Virus record (IMG/VR): IMGVR_UViG_2917802685_000001
Coordinates: 32,001 to 96,000 of that record
Reading direction: 5' to 3' (one strand)
Origin: a virus
Lineage: Duplodnaviria > Caudoviricetes
Length of the DNA: 64,000 bases
The translations under genes and the position numbers were made by a program. The notes below the pieces were generated by a model, which had not been told where the DNA came from, did not search any database, and saw nothing but the letters and a program-made list of their open reading frames with translations. Below are positions 19,595-29,471 of this stretch, piece by piece; positions within the stretch are counted from its first letter, which is position 1, and every line of letters begins with the position of its first letter.

Positions 19595-19743
19595 GTCCTG
19601 TCTGTGGTCCAACTTCGATCGACGAAAAGTTGGAGTTGCGGGCGGGGGCCTGCTTATGCTGACACAGAATTCCAGATGTGCTGCCGCCACATGCACATCC
19701 GGGAAGGCGCGACCGCCACGCGTCAGTAAAGGAACCCGCCTGC

Positions 19744-20136
19744 ATGACCATTGACGTGCGCGTGCTCCGGGAACTGTTCCGGCATCTCCAGGCGTGGAAC
19801 ACCCTCTATGAAACGGAGGGTATGGACACGATAACTGGCCCGGACGGTACCGAGTACTGCATCCACGACATCGTCCACCTCTACAAGAACGCCGTCGAAA
19901 GACGCGGCGAAAACGGAAAGCACCTGCTTTCCCCCCGCCAGCGCGAAGCAATTCAGCTGTTCCTCATCGAGAACCGGCCCGAGCGGGAAGTCGCCCGCCT
20001 CATGGGCGTCTCCGAGGACAACCCCGTCGCCTCCTACGCCACCCAGGGCCTCGTCCGCCTCAACGAGCTGATCAAGGCAGGCGTCATCCCCGGCAACGGC
20101 AGCGCCGACGAGGGGCTGGAGGTCGCGGCAGCATGA
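19744..20136 (+). CDS. Sigma70 region-4-like HTH protein
   Basis: LSPRQREAIQLFLIENRPEREVARLMGVS; AAAGGA RBS. Confidence 0.75.
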   Translation: MTIDVRVLRELFRHLQAWNTLYETEGMDTITGPDGTEYCIHDIVHLYKNAVERRGENGKHLLSPRQREAIQLFLIENRPEREVARLMGVSEDNPVASYATQGLVRLNELIKAGVIPGNGSADEGLEVAAA

Positions 20137-20426
20137 GCGACCGCATCCGCAACGGCATCGACGCCGACCTCGAAGCCCAGGCCGACGCGATCTTGCGCCA
20201 GTCCTTCCTCGACAACCCCGATCCCGAGGAAAAGGCCAAGATCCTCACGCCCTACATGCTGCAGAACCGGCTCAAGCGCGAGGTCTTCGTGCCCGGCGGC
20301 ACCCCCGACGGAGCCGTCCGCAAGGGCAGCTTCCACCGGGCCATCAACCGCCAGCACCCCCACCTCAACGCAGCAGAGGGCGTCGCCCGGCCGCAGCACC
20401 GAGTCCCGCTGAAGGCCGAAGAGTGA
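20133..20426 (+). CDS. Hypothetical protein
   Basis: ATGA overlap, codon bias. Confidence 0.7.
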   Translation: MSDRIRNGIDADLEAQADAILRQSFLDNPDPEEKAKILTPYMLQNRLKREVFVPGGTPDGAVRKGSFHRAINRQHPHLNAAEGVARPQHRVPLKAEE

Positions 20427-21070
20427 GCGACAACCTGCCCGAGGTCCTCGACCCTGACGCCTCCGGCCCGGTCAGCATGGTCATGGTGCGCGTCGGCAAC
20501 CGGACCGTGCCCGCCAAGACCGGCTCCCGCTGCCGCGTCTGCCAGTCCCCCCACCGCGCCCAGATCGAGGCATGGATCCTGGAGGGCTACACCCGGCCCA
20601 CCATCCTCGCCTGGCTCAAGGACATGGAGGAAGGCCCCCTCGGCCACCCCACCGAGAAGGCCCTGCGCAGCCACACCGACCGCCACCTCCCGCTCGGCGC
20701 CCGCGCCGAGGCCGCCATCCTGGAGCGCCGGACCGAAGCGCTCGGCGAGGAGATAGAAAAATTTGGCGGCCGTGTCGCAGACCATCTCACCGCCCTGGAT
20801 ATGGTCGTTCTGAAGGGCTTCCAGGCCCTCCAGGAAGGCAACATCAAGCTCGGCGCCTCCGACCTCATGAAGGCCATCGACCTCAAGCAGAAGATCGACG
20901 CTTCTGTCGAGGGCGGGCTGGACGACAAGAAGTGGCGCGGAATCCTCATGGAGTACATGAAGATAGCCGTCGAGTTCATCCCGCCAGAGAACCGACAGGC
21001 TTTCGCAAGAGCCCTCAGCCAAAGCCCAGTACTCACCGCGCTGTCACAAAGCAATCAGCAACAAATGTAA
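20423..21070 (+). CDS. Putative terminase small subunit / Zn-HTH protein
   Basis: CRVCQSPHRAQIE...H...H N-terminus followed by helical region; upstream of terL. Confidence 0.55.
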   Translation: MSDNLPEVLDPDASGPVSMVMVRVGNRTVPAKTGSRCRVCQSPHRAQIEAWILEGYTRPTILAWLKDMEEGPLGHPTEKALRSHTDRHLPLGARAEAAILERRTEALGEEIEKFGGRVADHLTALDMVVLKGFQALQEGNIKLGASDLMKAIDLKQKIDASVEGGLDDKKWRGILMEYMKIAVEFIPPENRQAFARALSQSPVLTALSQSNQQQM

Positions 21071-21133
21071 AAAACTCCGGTCCGCCACCCGGAAACCACC
21101 ACCACTCCTTCCGCCAGAGGAGAACAGCCCGTC

Positions 21134-22126
21134 ATGCACCTCCGCGAGCCCTCAACCACCACACTCGCCGACCTCGACCGCGCCTGGAAGAACCGCGACC
21201 GCGAGTGGACCTCCGACGCCTGCGTCCCCTCCGTCGACTTCCCCCAGGCCCCCGGCGTCGAGCCGACCATCCTCCTCGGCGACCACGAGATCACCCTGGA
21301 CGAGAAGGCCATCGAGCTGCTGTGCGCCTTCTACCAGGTCCCCACCGCGTACTTCCGGCGCATCACCGCCGAAGAGCGGCACTACGTGATGAACATGCGG
21401 ATGACCCACGCCCTGGGCGAGGTGACGATCACCTACAACGACCGAGGCCTCACCGACGTCCGCAAGCCGACCAAGCCCCGCCTGGAGGCCGAGGAGTTCG
21501 TCCGCATCGCCCACCGGCTCTACCCGGCCTCCTCCACCGTGCTGGACGCCTGGGTCACCGCCGACGAGCTGCGCCTGGACGTCCTGGGCCGCCACGCCGA
21601 GGACGGCGTCTGGGGAGGACTGCGCTTCGGCCAGAACCGTAAGCAGAACCTCGCCCCCACCGTGACCCCCATCCTCTTCCACGAGGACACCACCACGGTG
21701 ATCGAGATCCCCGACCCCTCCCTGAAGATCGACGCACGCGGCGTCTCCATCGACAAGATCGGCGAACGTCTCGCCGCCGAGGCCCTGCGCGCCGACGCCC
21801 GCCTGTACAAGGACGCCGAGCACCTGCTGGGCCTGGTCAACAGCTCCATCGCCGGGGACCGCATCATCCGCCTGCACCGCATCGCTGCCGAGCACAAGAT
21901 GCCCGTCCGGCCGCTCGCCGACATCACCGTCGCGCTCTCCCGCAACGACCAGCCGACCCTGCTCGACATGGTGCTGGCCATCGCCAACACGGCCAACGCC
22001 CCCAAGATCCTGCAGGACCCCGACAAGCGGAAGCTGCGCACCACCCTCCAGGCCATCGCCGGAGCCGTCGTGGTCGACGAAGCCGAACGCTGCATCTCCT
22101 GCCACGCCCTCGTCGCCGCCGCCTGA
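21134..22126 (+). CDS. DUF932-like protein
   Basis: LCAFYQVPTAYFRR motif; GAGGAG RBS. Confidence 0.5.
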   Translation: MHLREPSTTTLADLDRAWKNRDREWTSDACVPSVDFPQAPGVEPTILLGDHEITLDEKAIELLCAFYQVPTAYFRRITAEERHYVMNMRMTHALGEVTITYNDRGLTDVRKPTKPRLEAEEFVRIAHRLYPASSTVLDAWVTADELRLDVLGRHAEDGVWGGLRFGQNRKQNLAPTVTPILFHEDTTTVIEIPDPSLKIDARGVSIDKIGERLAAEALRADARLYKDAEHLLGLVNSSIAGDRIIRLHRIAAEHKMPVRPLADITVALSRNDQPTLLDMVLAIANTANAPKILQDPDKRKLRTTLQAIAGAVVVDEAERCISCHALVAAA

Positions 22127-22145
22127 CCGCCACCAGGAGACAACC

Positions 22146-22235
22146 GTGAACATGAACGACAACGCCAGAAGGGCGATCGTCACCGTCGCGTGGCTCGCCT
22201 TCGTCGCCTTCATCTTCTGGCTGGACGCCCGATGA
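22146..22235 (+). CDS. Tiny single-TM peptide (29 aa)
   Basis: AGGAG RBS, AIVTVAWLAFVAFIFWL. Confidence 0.55.
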   Translation: MNMNDNARRAIVTVAWLAFVAFIFWLDAR

Positions 22236-22786
22236 CCGAGAACCTGCGCCAGCGAGACGGCGACCAGCCGCTGCCCACCGAGGGCCAGGAGAACGTCCAG
22301 GACGCCCTGATCGAGCGCATCAAGGAGCGCCGCGCGCTGGGCATCCAGCGCTACGGCCGCCCGCTGCAGACCTTCAACGGCCGCAACGCCGTACGCGATG
22401 CCCTCGAAGAGGCCCTCGACCTCTCCACCTACCTCATGCAGGTCGAGATGGAGCAGAAGGCCGTACAGGCACGGATCAGGCATGCACTGACGCTGCACGT
22501 CTCCGGCCTCAGCGGACTGTGCCTCACCTGCAAGTCGGCGGCCCCCTGTGCCACCCGAGAGGCCCTCACCAGCTCGCGGCCCGCACTCAAGGTCACCATC
22601 ATCGAGCCTTCCGAGGAACTCGTCTGCTCGCCGGACGCCGTGGAGGAGATCCGGCGCCAGTTCGGCGTCACCGAGGAACAGACCGGCCTGACCGGCATAG
22701 GCAGCCTGATGGGCTTCCCCGTCTTCGTGGATGACGAACTTCCGCCAGGCACTGTCCGCCTGCAGCCCAGCACCCCCAAGAAGTAA
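22232..22786 (+). CDS. All-alpha NTP pyrophosphatase (MazG-like) domain protein
   Basis: R..LG..RYG.....NGR....DALEEALDLSTYL. Confidence 0.6.
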   Translation: MTENLRQRDGDQPLPTEGQENVQDALIERIKERRALGIQRYGRPLQTFNGRNAVRDALEEALDLSTYLMQVEMEQKAVQARIRHALTLHVSGLSGLCLTCKSAAPCATREALTSSRPALKVTIIEPSEELVCSPDAVEEIRRQFGVTEEQTGLTGIGSLMGFPVFVDDELPPGTVRLQPSTPKK

Positions 22787-22817
22787 CCACCCCCTCTCCT
22801 TCCGCCAGAGGAGCACC

Positions 22818-23297
22818 ATGACCGCCAGCAACCCGTCCGGCCTGATCCTGCCGCCGGGCGTCCAGTCCTCCAGCCCGTTCGGGCCCGCCGCCGACCGCTT
22901 CGACAAGGAGTACGGCGGCGTCCACCAGCGCAGCGAGCTGGCCCAGGGCGACATCCTCGACAGCGAGATCCTTGCGCTGGAGGCGATCTTCAAGGACATG
23001 CAGGACCGCTACGGCGTCCGCTCCTTCAACGTCACGGAGTTCGAGCGCGAGGCCAAGGACCGCTGCCACGACCAGCTCGGCCTCGCCATCGACATCCGCT
23101 GGAAGGCCCTCGCCGACGGCACCGGCCGCATCATCGAGGGCGCCGCCAGCCCCGAGATCGAGATCGTCGGCCGCGTCCAGAAGAAGGCGTTCGACCACGA
23201 CCACAAGGTCCACGAGGTCACCCGCGACATCCTCGACCTCGGCACCCAGGGCGTCATCGCCTCCGAGGAGCCCGCGCGCGGAGGACACCCCCACTGA
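22818..23297 (+). CDS. Hypothetical protein
   Basis: GAGGAG RBS, codon bias. Confidence 0.75.
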   Translation: MTASNPSGLILPPGVQSSSPFGPAADRFDKEYGGVHQRSELAQGDILDSEILALEAIFKDMQDRYGVRSFNVTEFEREAKDRCHDQLGLAIDIRWKALADGTGRIIEGAASPEIEIVGRVQKKAFDHDHKVHEVTRDILDLGTQGVIASEEPARGGHPH

Positions 23298-23434
23298 TGA
23301 GCTACCTCCGCGCCTTCCTGGTCAGGCGGCTCAGACTGCCCTATCTCCACGACGACATGCCGGACTGGCACGTGGAGTACAGCACCGCCCAGCTGTGGCG
23401 CTGGTATGAGCAGGTGCGCGAGGTGCGCCGATGA
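23297..23434 (+). CDS. Small hypothetical protein (45 aa)
   Basis: TGATG and ATGA overlaps. Confidence 0.5.
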   Translation: MSYLRAFLVRRLRLPYLHDDMPDWHVEYSTAQLWRWYEQVREVRR

Positions 23435-23700
23435 GGGACAGCCGCCTGCACGACTGGGACGACGACAGCGTCACCGTGGCGATCATCCCCCAGGCATGCG
23501 GGAACTGCGGTGAGCGCACCGACCGCGTCCGCATGTCCCTGGAGGTCCTCGCCTCCGGCAGCAGCGGCTTCGTCGGCATCCACACCGTCGCCGAGACGCC
23601 CTGCTGCGGCGGCAAGCGCAACTCCGCCTACCCATCCGAGTACCTGGCCCGGCTTCTGGACCACCTCAAGGTCTGCCCGAACCACCACCGGAAACCGTAA
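23431..23700 (+). CDS. Cys-rich hypothetical protein
   Basis: CGNC..PCC..VCP. Confidence 0.65.
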   Translation: MRDSRLHDWDDDSVTVAIIPQACGNCGERTDRVRMSLEVLASGSSGFVGIHTVAETPCCGGKRNSAYPSEYLARLLDHLKVCPNHHRKP

Positions 23701-23726
23701 ATCCATTTTTCCATTGAACCGTTGAA
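23695..23726 (+). repeat. Four 8-bp units CCGTAAAT CCATTTTT CCATTGAA CCGTTGAA
   Basis: AT-rich periodic array; similar array at 41246-41277 on minus strand. Confidence 0.6.
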
Positions 23727-23739
23727 GGAGAACACCGCC

Positions 23740-24213
23740 ATGTCCCGCAACCGCGAAATCAACCTGGGCCCCGTCGCCCTCGTCGTCGGCGCCATCGTCG
23801 CCCTCGCCCTCGTCGTCGGCGTGTTCATGGGCGCCATCGCAGGCTTCAAGGCGTTCGGCCGCTACCAGGCCGTCACCGACGCGAAGAACGCGGCCACGGT
23901 CGCCCGGATCAAGGCCAACAACGACGTCTCCGTCACCGGCATCCAGATCAAGAACCAACAGCAGCGCGTCCAGGTCGCCAAGCAGCAGGCCCAGATCCGG
24001 TTCGAGAACGCCAAGGGCATCCGCGAGTCCCAGGACGAGATCGCCAAGACCCTGACACCGCTGTACGTGCAGTTCGAGATGACCGAGGCCCTGAAGGAGA
24101 TCGCCAAGAGCGGCAAGAACTCCTCGGTGGTGTACATCCCCTCCGGCGCCAACGGCGTGCCGCTGGTCTCTGGCGTCAACGGCCAGCCGTCGGTCACCAG
24201 CCCGGCGAAGTAG
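23740..24213 (+). CDS. Membrane protein, SPFH/band-7 C-terminal-like
   Basis: N-terminal TM, coiled coil, LTPLYVQ..., VVYIP. Confidence 0.7.
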   Translation: MSRNREINLGPVALVVGAIVALALVVGVFMGAIAGFKAFGRYQAVTDAKNAATVARIKANNDVSVTGIQIKNQQQRVQVAKQQAQIRFENAKGIRESQDEIAKTLTPLYVQFEMTEALKEIAKSGKNSSVVYIPSGANGVPLVSGVNGQPSVTSPAK

Positions 24214-24269
24214 CGGTCGCTGTCCCACCGGCGCCCTCCCGCCCCAGAAGGGGTGAGGAGGGCGCCGCC

Positions 24270-26471
24270 ATGATCAGCAAGAACAACGAGGACACCTCGC
24301 CCCTGGCGAACTTTGATCCCACGGAGATTCACCAGCTGTTCCTGGGATTGGAGGTGCCCGATCCGATTACGTTCGTGGTCTCGCCGAGGTATCTGAACCG
24401 GCCAAACCTCTACCCGCGCCAGGCCACCCTCATGAAGGTGTTCTTCCTGCGCGAGGACCTCTTCACCGACTACGACTACCGGGTCGTCGCCGAGTGGGAC
24501 GAGTCCTACCGCACCGCCAAGTCCTCCAACGAACAGCGGGCCGCGCGCGCCGCTGAACTCGCCGAGACCAGCCCCGAAGCCGCCCTCGAAGCCGAGGTCG
24601 ACGGCATCATGACCGAGGCCCTCGACGCCATCGCCGCCCAGGCCCTGCTGGAGGGCAACGAGGACGCCCCCAAGATGCCCCTGTCCGGCTCCCCGGACCT
24701 CCTGGGCCGCATGCGCGCCTGCAAGGCTCTCGGCTACAGCTGGTTCAAAGAGATCCTCCTGGTCATGGGCCGCCGCGCAGGCAAGGGCCACATCAGCGCC
24801 CTGGCCATGGCCTACGTCCTGTGGTGCTACATGGCCAAGGGCGACCCCCAGGAGTTCTACGGCGTCGACCGCGACAAGAAGCTCGCCGTGCTGATCTTCG
24901 CCGGTAAGCGCGACCAGGCCAAACAGAACCTGTGGCGCGACCTCGTCAACGTCGTCACCGGCGGCCCGTGTTTCGCCCCCTACATCGCCGACAGCCTCGG
25001 CGAGAAGCTCTCCGTCTACGCGCCGAACGACTTCGTCCGCATGGAAGACATGCGCAAGCGCGGCATCAAGACCGCCATGGACATGGCCACCTTCCACATC
25101 CTGCCCAAGGAATCCACCGTCATGGCGGGCCGTGGCCCGGCCTCCATGATCCTCGGCTTCGACGAGATGGCCCACGTCGTCAACAGCGGCGCCAACCGCT
25201 CCGCCGGAGAGGTCTACGACGCCTCCACCCCCTCCCTCGACCAGTTCGGCAGAGACGGCTTCATCGTCGAGCCCAGCTCGCCGTGGGAGATGAGCGGCAA
25301 GTTCTACGACAACTGGCTGCGCGCCACCAGCTACGAGGACGACGGCACCCCCACCTACGCGAACGTCATGATGATCCAGCTCCCCAGCTGGGACGTCTAC
25401 CTCGACTGGCAGATCGCCCACGAACTGCCCCTCTTCCCCGAGGGCTTCACCGGCGACAACGGCGAGTACGCCGACTGCGACCCGCCCGGCTTCAAGCCCC
25501 TCAAGGGCGCCATCCAGAACTTCGACGAAGAGATGCGCAAGCTGGAGAAGGCCGACCCCGACACCTTCGCCGTCGAGCGCCGCGCCCAGTGGGCCACCGT
25601 CCTGGACGCCTACCTCAATCCGGACAAGGTCGAATCCGTCTTCGGCCCCTGGCACGAGCGCCCCGTCGAATACGGCAGCCCGCTCATCCTGCCCACCACC
25701 CAGGGCATCCTCGCCTACACCTACAAGGGCCACGCCGACCCCAGCTCCGTCAACTGCCGCTTCGGCGTCGCCCTCGCCCACACAGAGATCGACGCCGAGG
25801 GCCGCCCCCACGTCGTCTTCGACAAGATCCACTACTTCGATCCGGCCGACTTCCCGAACCACACCATCGACTACGAGGAAGTCGAGGACTGGATCTGGCA
25901 CGACATGATCGTCCCCTTCAGCCCCGACGACTTCACCTTCGACCAGTACCAGTCGGTCGGATCCATCCAGTCACTCGTCAAGCGGACCGCCAAGACGCGC
26001 CTGCCCAAGAAGGTCAACATCTGGGAGCGCACCGCCACCAACCAGATCAACTGGCGCTACGCCGAGACCTTCAAGGCCGCGATCAACATGGGCCTGGTCC
26101 ACGCGCCCGAGCACGAAGAGGGCATGCTGGAGCTGAAGTTCCTCCAGAAGAAGCCCGGCATCAACCGCGTCGATCACCCCACCATCGGTCCCGTCCAGAC
26201 CAAGGACATCGCCGATGCGATCATGATCACAACGTTCGCGCTCATCGGTGACTGGATCGAGGGCTACAAGGAGATGCTCAACGGCGCCAGGCCCGCTGGC
26301 GCCATGGTGGGTGGCCTGCACGGATCCAGCGCCCGCACCCCCGACATGGCCATGCCTGACCAGGACACACAGGCCCGCCTGAACGCCCTGCGCAGCTTCA
26401 CCCGCACCCGTACAGGACGCCAGGGCTGGGATCAAGGCCTCGGCCGCACAAGGTCCGGATATCGCCGCTGA
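24270..26471 (+). CDS. terL: Terminase large subunit
   Basis: MGRRAGKG, QA, GFDEMAH, HADPS, FDQYQS, KDIADA. Confidence 0.9.
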   Translation: MISKNNEDTSPLANFDPTEIHQLFLGLEVPDPITFVVSPRYLNRPNLYPRQATLMKVFFLREDLFTDYDYRVVAEWDESYRTAKSSNEQRAARAAELAETSPEAALEAEVDGIMTEALDAIAAQALLEGNEDAPKMPLSGSPDLLGRMRACKALGYSWFKEILLVMGRRAGKGHISALAMAYVLWCYMAKGDPQEFYGVDRDKKLAVLIFAGKRDQAKQNLWRDLVNVVTGGPCFAPYIADSLGEKLSVYAPNDFVRMEDMRKRGIKTAMDMATFHILPKESTVMAGRGPASMILGFDEMAHVVNSGANRSAGEVYDASTPSLDQFGRDGFIVEPSSPWEMSGKFYDNWLRATSYEDDGTPTYANVMMIQLPSWDVYLDWQIAHELPLFPEGFTGDNGEYADCDPPGFKPLKGAIQNFDEEMRKLEKADPDTFAVERRAQWATVLDAYLNPDKVESVFGPWHERPVEYGSPLILPTTQGILAYTYKGHADPSSVNCRFGVALAHTEIDAEGRPHVVFDKIHYFDPADFPNHTIDYEEVEDWIWHDMIVPFSPDDFTFDQYQSVGSIQSLVKRTAKTRLPKKVNIWERTATNQINWRYAETFKAAINMGLVHAPEHEEGMLELKFLQKKPGINRVDHPTIGPVQTKDIADAIMITTFALIGDWIEGYKEMLNGARPAGAMVGGLHGSSARTPDMAMPDQDTQARLNALRSFTRTRTGRQGWDQGLGRTRSGYRR

Positions 26472-26489
26472 CCTGGAATGGCTGCCTTG

Positions 26490-26726
26490 CCCACGAGGAA
26501 AACTCCGTGGCACGATGGCGTCGTCTCGTGAATGGGTTGCAGCCAGGGGTCCTTTCGGCCCGGGAACAACTGCAGCTGGCAGGCGTGCCTCAACGTGCCA
26601 CCCGGCGCCAGACCGATCAGGTCGGCCGGATGGCGCCGGGGTGTGGTGGAGTCTGGCGGGACTGACCACTACTTAAAACGTCTCACGAGACACGAGATGC
26701 CCCCCGGACAGGTACCGCCGGGGGGC
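26490..26726 (+). ncRNA. Candidate structured non-coding RNA
   Basis: Intergenic gap with closing stem 26517-26531/26683-26701 enclosing four adjacent hairpins; strand assumed from context. Confidence 0.45.
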
Positions 26727-26783
26727 TCTCCCATTCCCATGTCCACCAGCTCTTCACCGACGTGAAGGGCTGGAGGTGCAGGG

Positions 26784-29471
26784 ATGACGGACATCAGCGC
26801 GACCAGCTTCTTCCGCCAGGCGGGCGTCGCCGACGGCGGCATCGACTTCGACCACGAAGAGACCGACACCGGCAGCTCGATCTGGCCGACCAGGATCAAG
26901 CTCAAGGCCCTGCACCCCGAGACCGGCGAGGAGATGGGCTTCCTCGACTACCAGGTGCCCCGCCGCAAGACCAACAAGATCACCGTCCATGAGCTGAAGA
27001 CCCACGAGGACTACCAGCGCAAGGGCGTCGGCTCCGCCCTCATGGACGAGATGCAGCGCCGCCACCCCGGCACGCCTGTAGATCACGGCGACCGCACCCC
27101 CGCCGGTAAGGCGTGGTGGAAGGGCTACACCGACGGCAAGAAGGTCACCCGGGGCCGAACCATGGCCACCCGCACGACGGCCGCCGCCCCGGAGACCTTC
27201 GCGCGCGGCGACGGCGAGGATTGGCTGGCGCACCGCCAGCGCGTCCGCCACGGCCTGTCCACGGGCCGCATCTCCTACCCGCAGGCCCGCGAGCACGGCT
27301 ACGACGGCGATGCGCGAGAGGACACCCGCGACAGCTGGACCGGACAGCACACCGAAGGCAAGGGCTGGCAGCCCCTGCCCCACCAGCTCTACCACACCAC
27401 CACCGACGCCGCCGGAGTCGCCGCCCACGGCCTGCGCAGCGGCGGAGAACTCGGTCAGGACAGGGGCCACGGTCTCGGCGGCACCCCCGAGTGGCTGTCC
27501 CTGACCGACCACCACGACAACGCCCACAACATGCTCGATGCGATGCACGAGTACCACGCCCACCTCAACGGCAAGACCAGCTTCCCTGACCTCCACCGAG
27601 CGGCCGAGAGCGGAGAGGGCGCCCAGCAGCCCTTCCACAAGCCCTTCGTGGACGGCATCTCGGAGATGTACAACGAGCACCACCGAGACTCGCTGATGCG
27701 GGGGAAGCGCATCGAGCCCGGCTTCGCCACCTACGACGAGGCCAAGGAGAAGGGCTGGACGCCACACCCGACCCTCCACAAGGACTTCGGCGAGGACAAG
27801 CACGGCCGCCACATCGGCACCGGCTGGGAGCGCGACTCCAACCTCGAAGAGCGCCACGACGAGTACGGAGCCTTCTCCCGCGCCCGCCAGTTCTCCGGCA
27901 ACGGCAAGCCCTCCGTGCTGTTCACCAGCAACGACCGCCGGGCGTTCGCCGACAAGGACCCCAGGAACTTCGCCGTCCTCCACGTCCGCCCCCGCCCCGG
28001 CGGCCACGGCTTCCCCGGCGGCGACAAGCACGAGTGGCGCACCGGCAGCGGCGACGCCGTTGAGGTCCACGGCGAGCCCATCCGCCGTCAGGCCCTACGC
28101 GTCACGGCGGCCGTCCAGGACGGCGACGACATCCCGTCCCGCCTCCTCAACCCCCACGGCCACCACGTCCGCGCCCGGGTCGAGGGCAACACGAACGTTG
28201 AGATGGTCCCGCGCCACGAGGTCGAGCGCTACGCCAGCCAGCCGACCGACGACGCGCACACCAAGGAGGTCGGCACCCACGTCGCCACCAGCGGCGAGAT
28301 GGAGCCCCTCCTCCTGCACTACCACCCCGCCAGCGGTGAGGCCTACCTCGGCGAGGGCAACCACCGCTTGCGCGCCGCCAAGGCCCTGGGTATGGACCAC
28401 GTCCCCCTGCGCGTGAGCCGCTCCAGCTACGGCCTGCCCGGCCCCGGCGTGAAGGTCCCCCAGGACCACCCCGCCATCGCGGCAGGCGGCCACGTCCCGG
28501 CCGACATCTACCCCAGCCACATCGGCCTCACCGCAGTGGACAAGCCCGCCATCCCGGAGGGTGACCTGCGCAGCGCCAGGAACGACTACAACCTCACCGG
28601 CCGCCCCCGCCTGGCGGCAGCCGACACCCCCGTGCCGGACAACACCCAGCCGTACCAGCACGAGCACGACTGGCTTCCCCACGGCCACTTCTTCGGCCCC
28701 GGGAAGAAGGGCCTGGACCCGCGCCTGTTCGACGAGAACGACCGGATGCACCCGATCGTCCGCCAGCACCTGCTGTCTCTGCTCAACGCCTTCTGGACCC
28801 CGAAGTACGGCGACTCCTGGCAGTCCTGGGCCCGCGTCTACCTCACCGGCTCCGAGGCCTCCCACTGGTACGGCAACGGCGACCTCGACGTCCTCATCGG
28901 CATTGACCACGAGGCCCTCAACCACCACGTCGACCACTTCACCGGCGAGCCGGACGACGCGGTCGACGAGCGCCTCACCAACGAGCTGCGCGAGGGCCTC
29001 AACGACGACCACCGGATGTTCCCCGGCCCGGACGGCAAGGACACCGGCCCCTGGGAGTCGACCTTCTACGTCAACCCGGGCTCGTACGACATCCGCGACC
29101 TCAAGCCCTACGCCGCCTACGACATCACCCGCGACGAGTGGGCCGTCAAGCCGGTCGAGGTCCCCGACGACTTCGGGCCCGAGAAGCTCCCCGAGTCCAC
29201 CTGGGACGTCCTCGACGCGCTGCAGAAGCTCATCGGCGCCATCCAGGAGCTGCCCGCCGGAACCCGGGAGCGCGAGGGCGCCGCGCTGTACGATTACCTC
29301 CACGCTGACCGCCACAGCGCTTTCGGCCCCGAGGGATCGGGCCTCTATGACCCTGCCAACGCTGTCTGGAAGGCCCTCGACAAGGCCCCCGGCAAGCCGC
29401 TGCAGCAGCTCATCGACTGGAAACACGCCCACGACGGGACCGCCGCCACGGACCTGGAGACCGCAGCATGA
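26784..29471 (+). CDS. Polyvalent protein 1: GNAT + ART-like + ParB/Srx-like + nucleotidyltransferase
   Basis: YQRKGVGSALM; LYHTT..V..HGL; EGNHRLRAA; LTGS......DLDV. Confidence 0.8.
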   Translation: MTDISATSFFRQAGVADGGIDFDHEETDTGSSIWPTRIKLKALHPETGEEMGFLDYQVPRRKTNKITVHELKTHEDYQRKGVGSALMDEMQRRHPGTPVDHGDRTPAGKAWWKGYTDGKKVTRGRTMATRTTAAAPETFARGDGEDWLAHRQRVRHGLSTGRISYPQAREHGYDGDAREDTRDSWTGQHTEGKGWQPLPHQLYHTTTDAAGVAAHGLRSGGELGQDRGHGLGGTPEWLSLTDHHDNAHNMLDAMHEYHAHLNGKTSFPDLHRAAESGEGAQQPFHKPFVDGISEMYNEHHRDSLMRGKRIEPGFATYDEAKEKGWTPHPTLHKDFGEDKHGRHIGTGWERDSNLEERHDEYGAFSRARQFSGNGKPSVLFTSNDRRAFADKDPRNFAVLHVRPRPGGHGFPGGDKHEWRTGSGDAVEVHGEPIRRQALRVTAAVQDGDDIPSRLLNPHGHHVRARVEGNTNVEMVPRHEVERYASQPTDDAHTKEVGTHVATSGEMEPLLLHYHPASGEAYLGEGNHRLRAAKALGMDHVPLRVSRSSYGLPGPGVKVPQDHPAIAAGGHVPADIYPSHIGLTAVDKPAIPEGDLRSARNDYNLTGRPRLAAADTPVPDNTQPYQHEHDWLPHGHFFGPGKKGLDPRLFDENDRMHPIVRQHLLSLLNAFWTPKYGDSWQSWARVYLTGSEASHWYGNGDLDVLIGIDHEALNHHVDHFTGEPDDAVDERLTNELREGLNDDHRMFPGPDGKDTGPWESTFYVNPGSYDIRDLKPYAAYDITRDEWAVKPVEVPDDFGPEKLPESTWDVLDALQKLIGAIQELPAGTREREGAALYDYLHADRHSAFGPEGSGLYDPANAVWKALDKAPGKPLQQLIDWKHAHDGTAATDLETAA

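Noticed and set aside
24500-24700. Intein or intron in terL (or dnaE, recA)
   Set aside because: Insert is an acidic helical stretch; no C/S...HN splice motifs or homing endonuclease signature
26532-26765. 77-aa ORF containing a TTA codon (bldA control)
   Set aside because: No RBS, poor codon bias; region better explained as structured RNA
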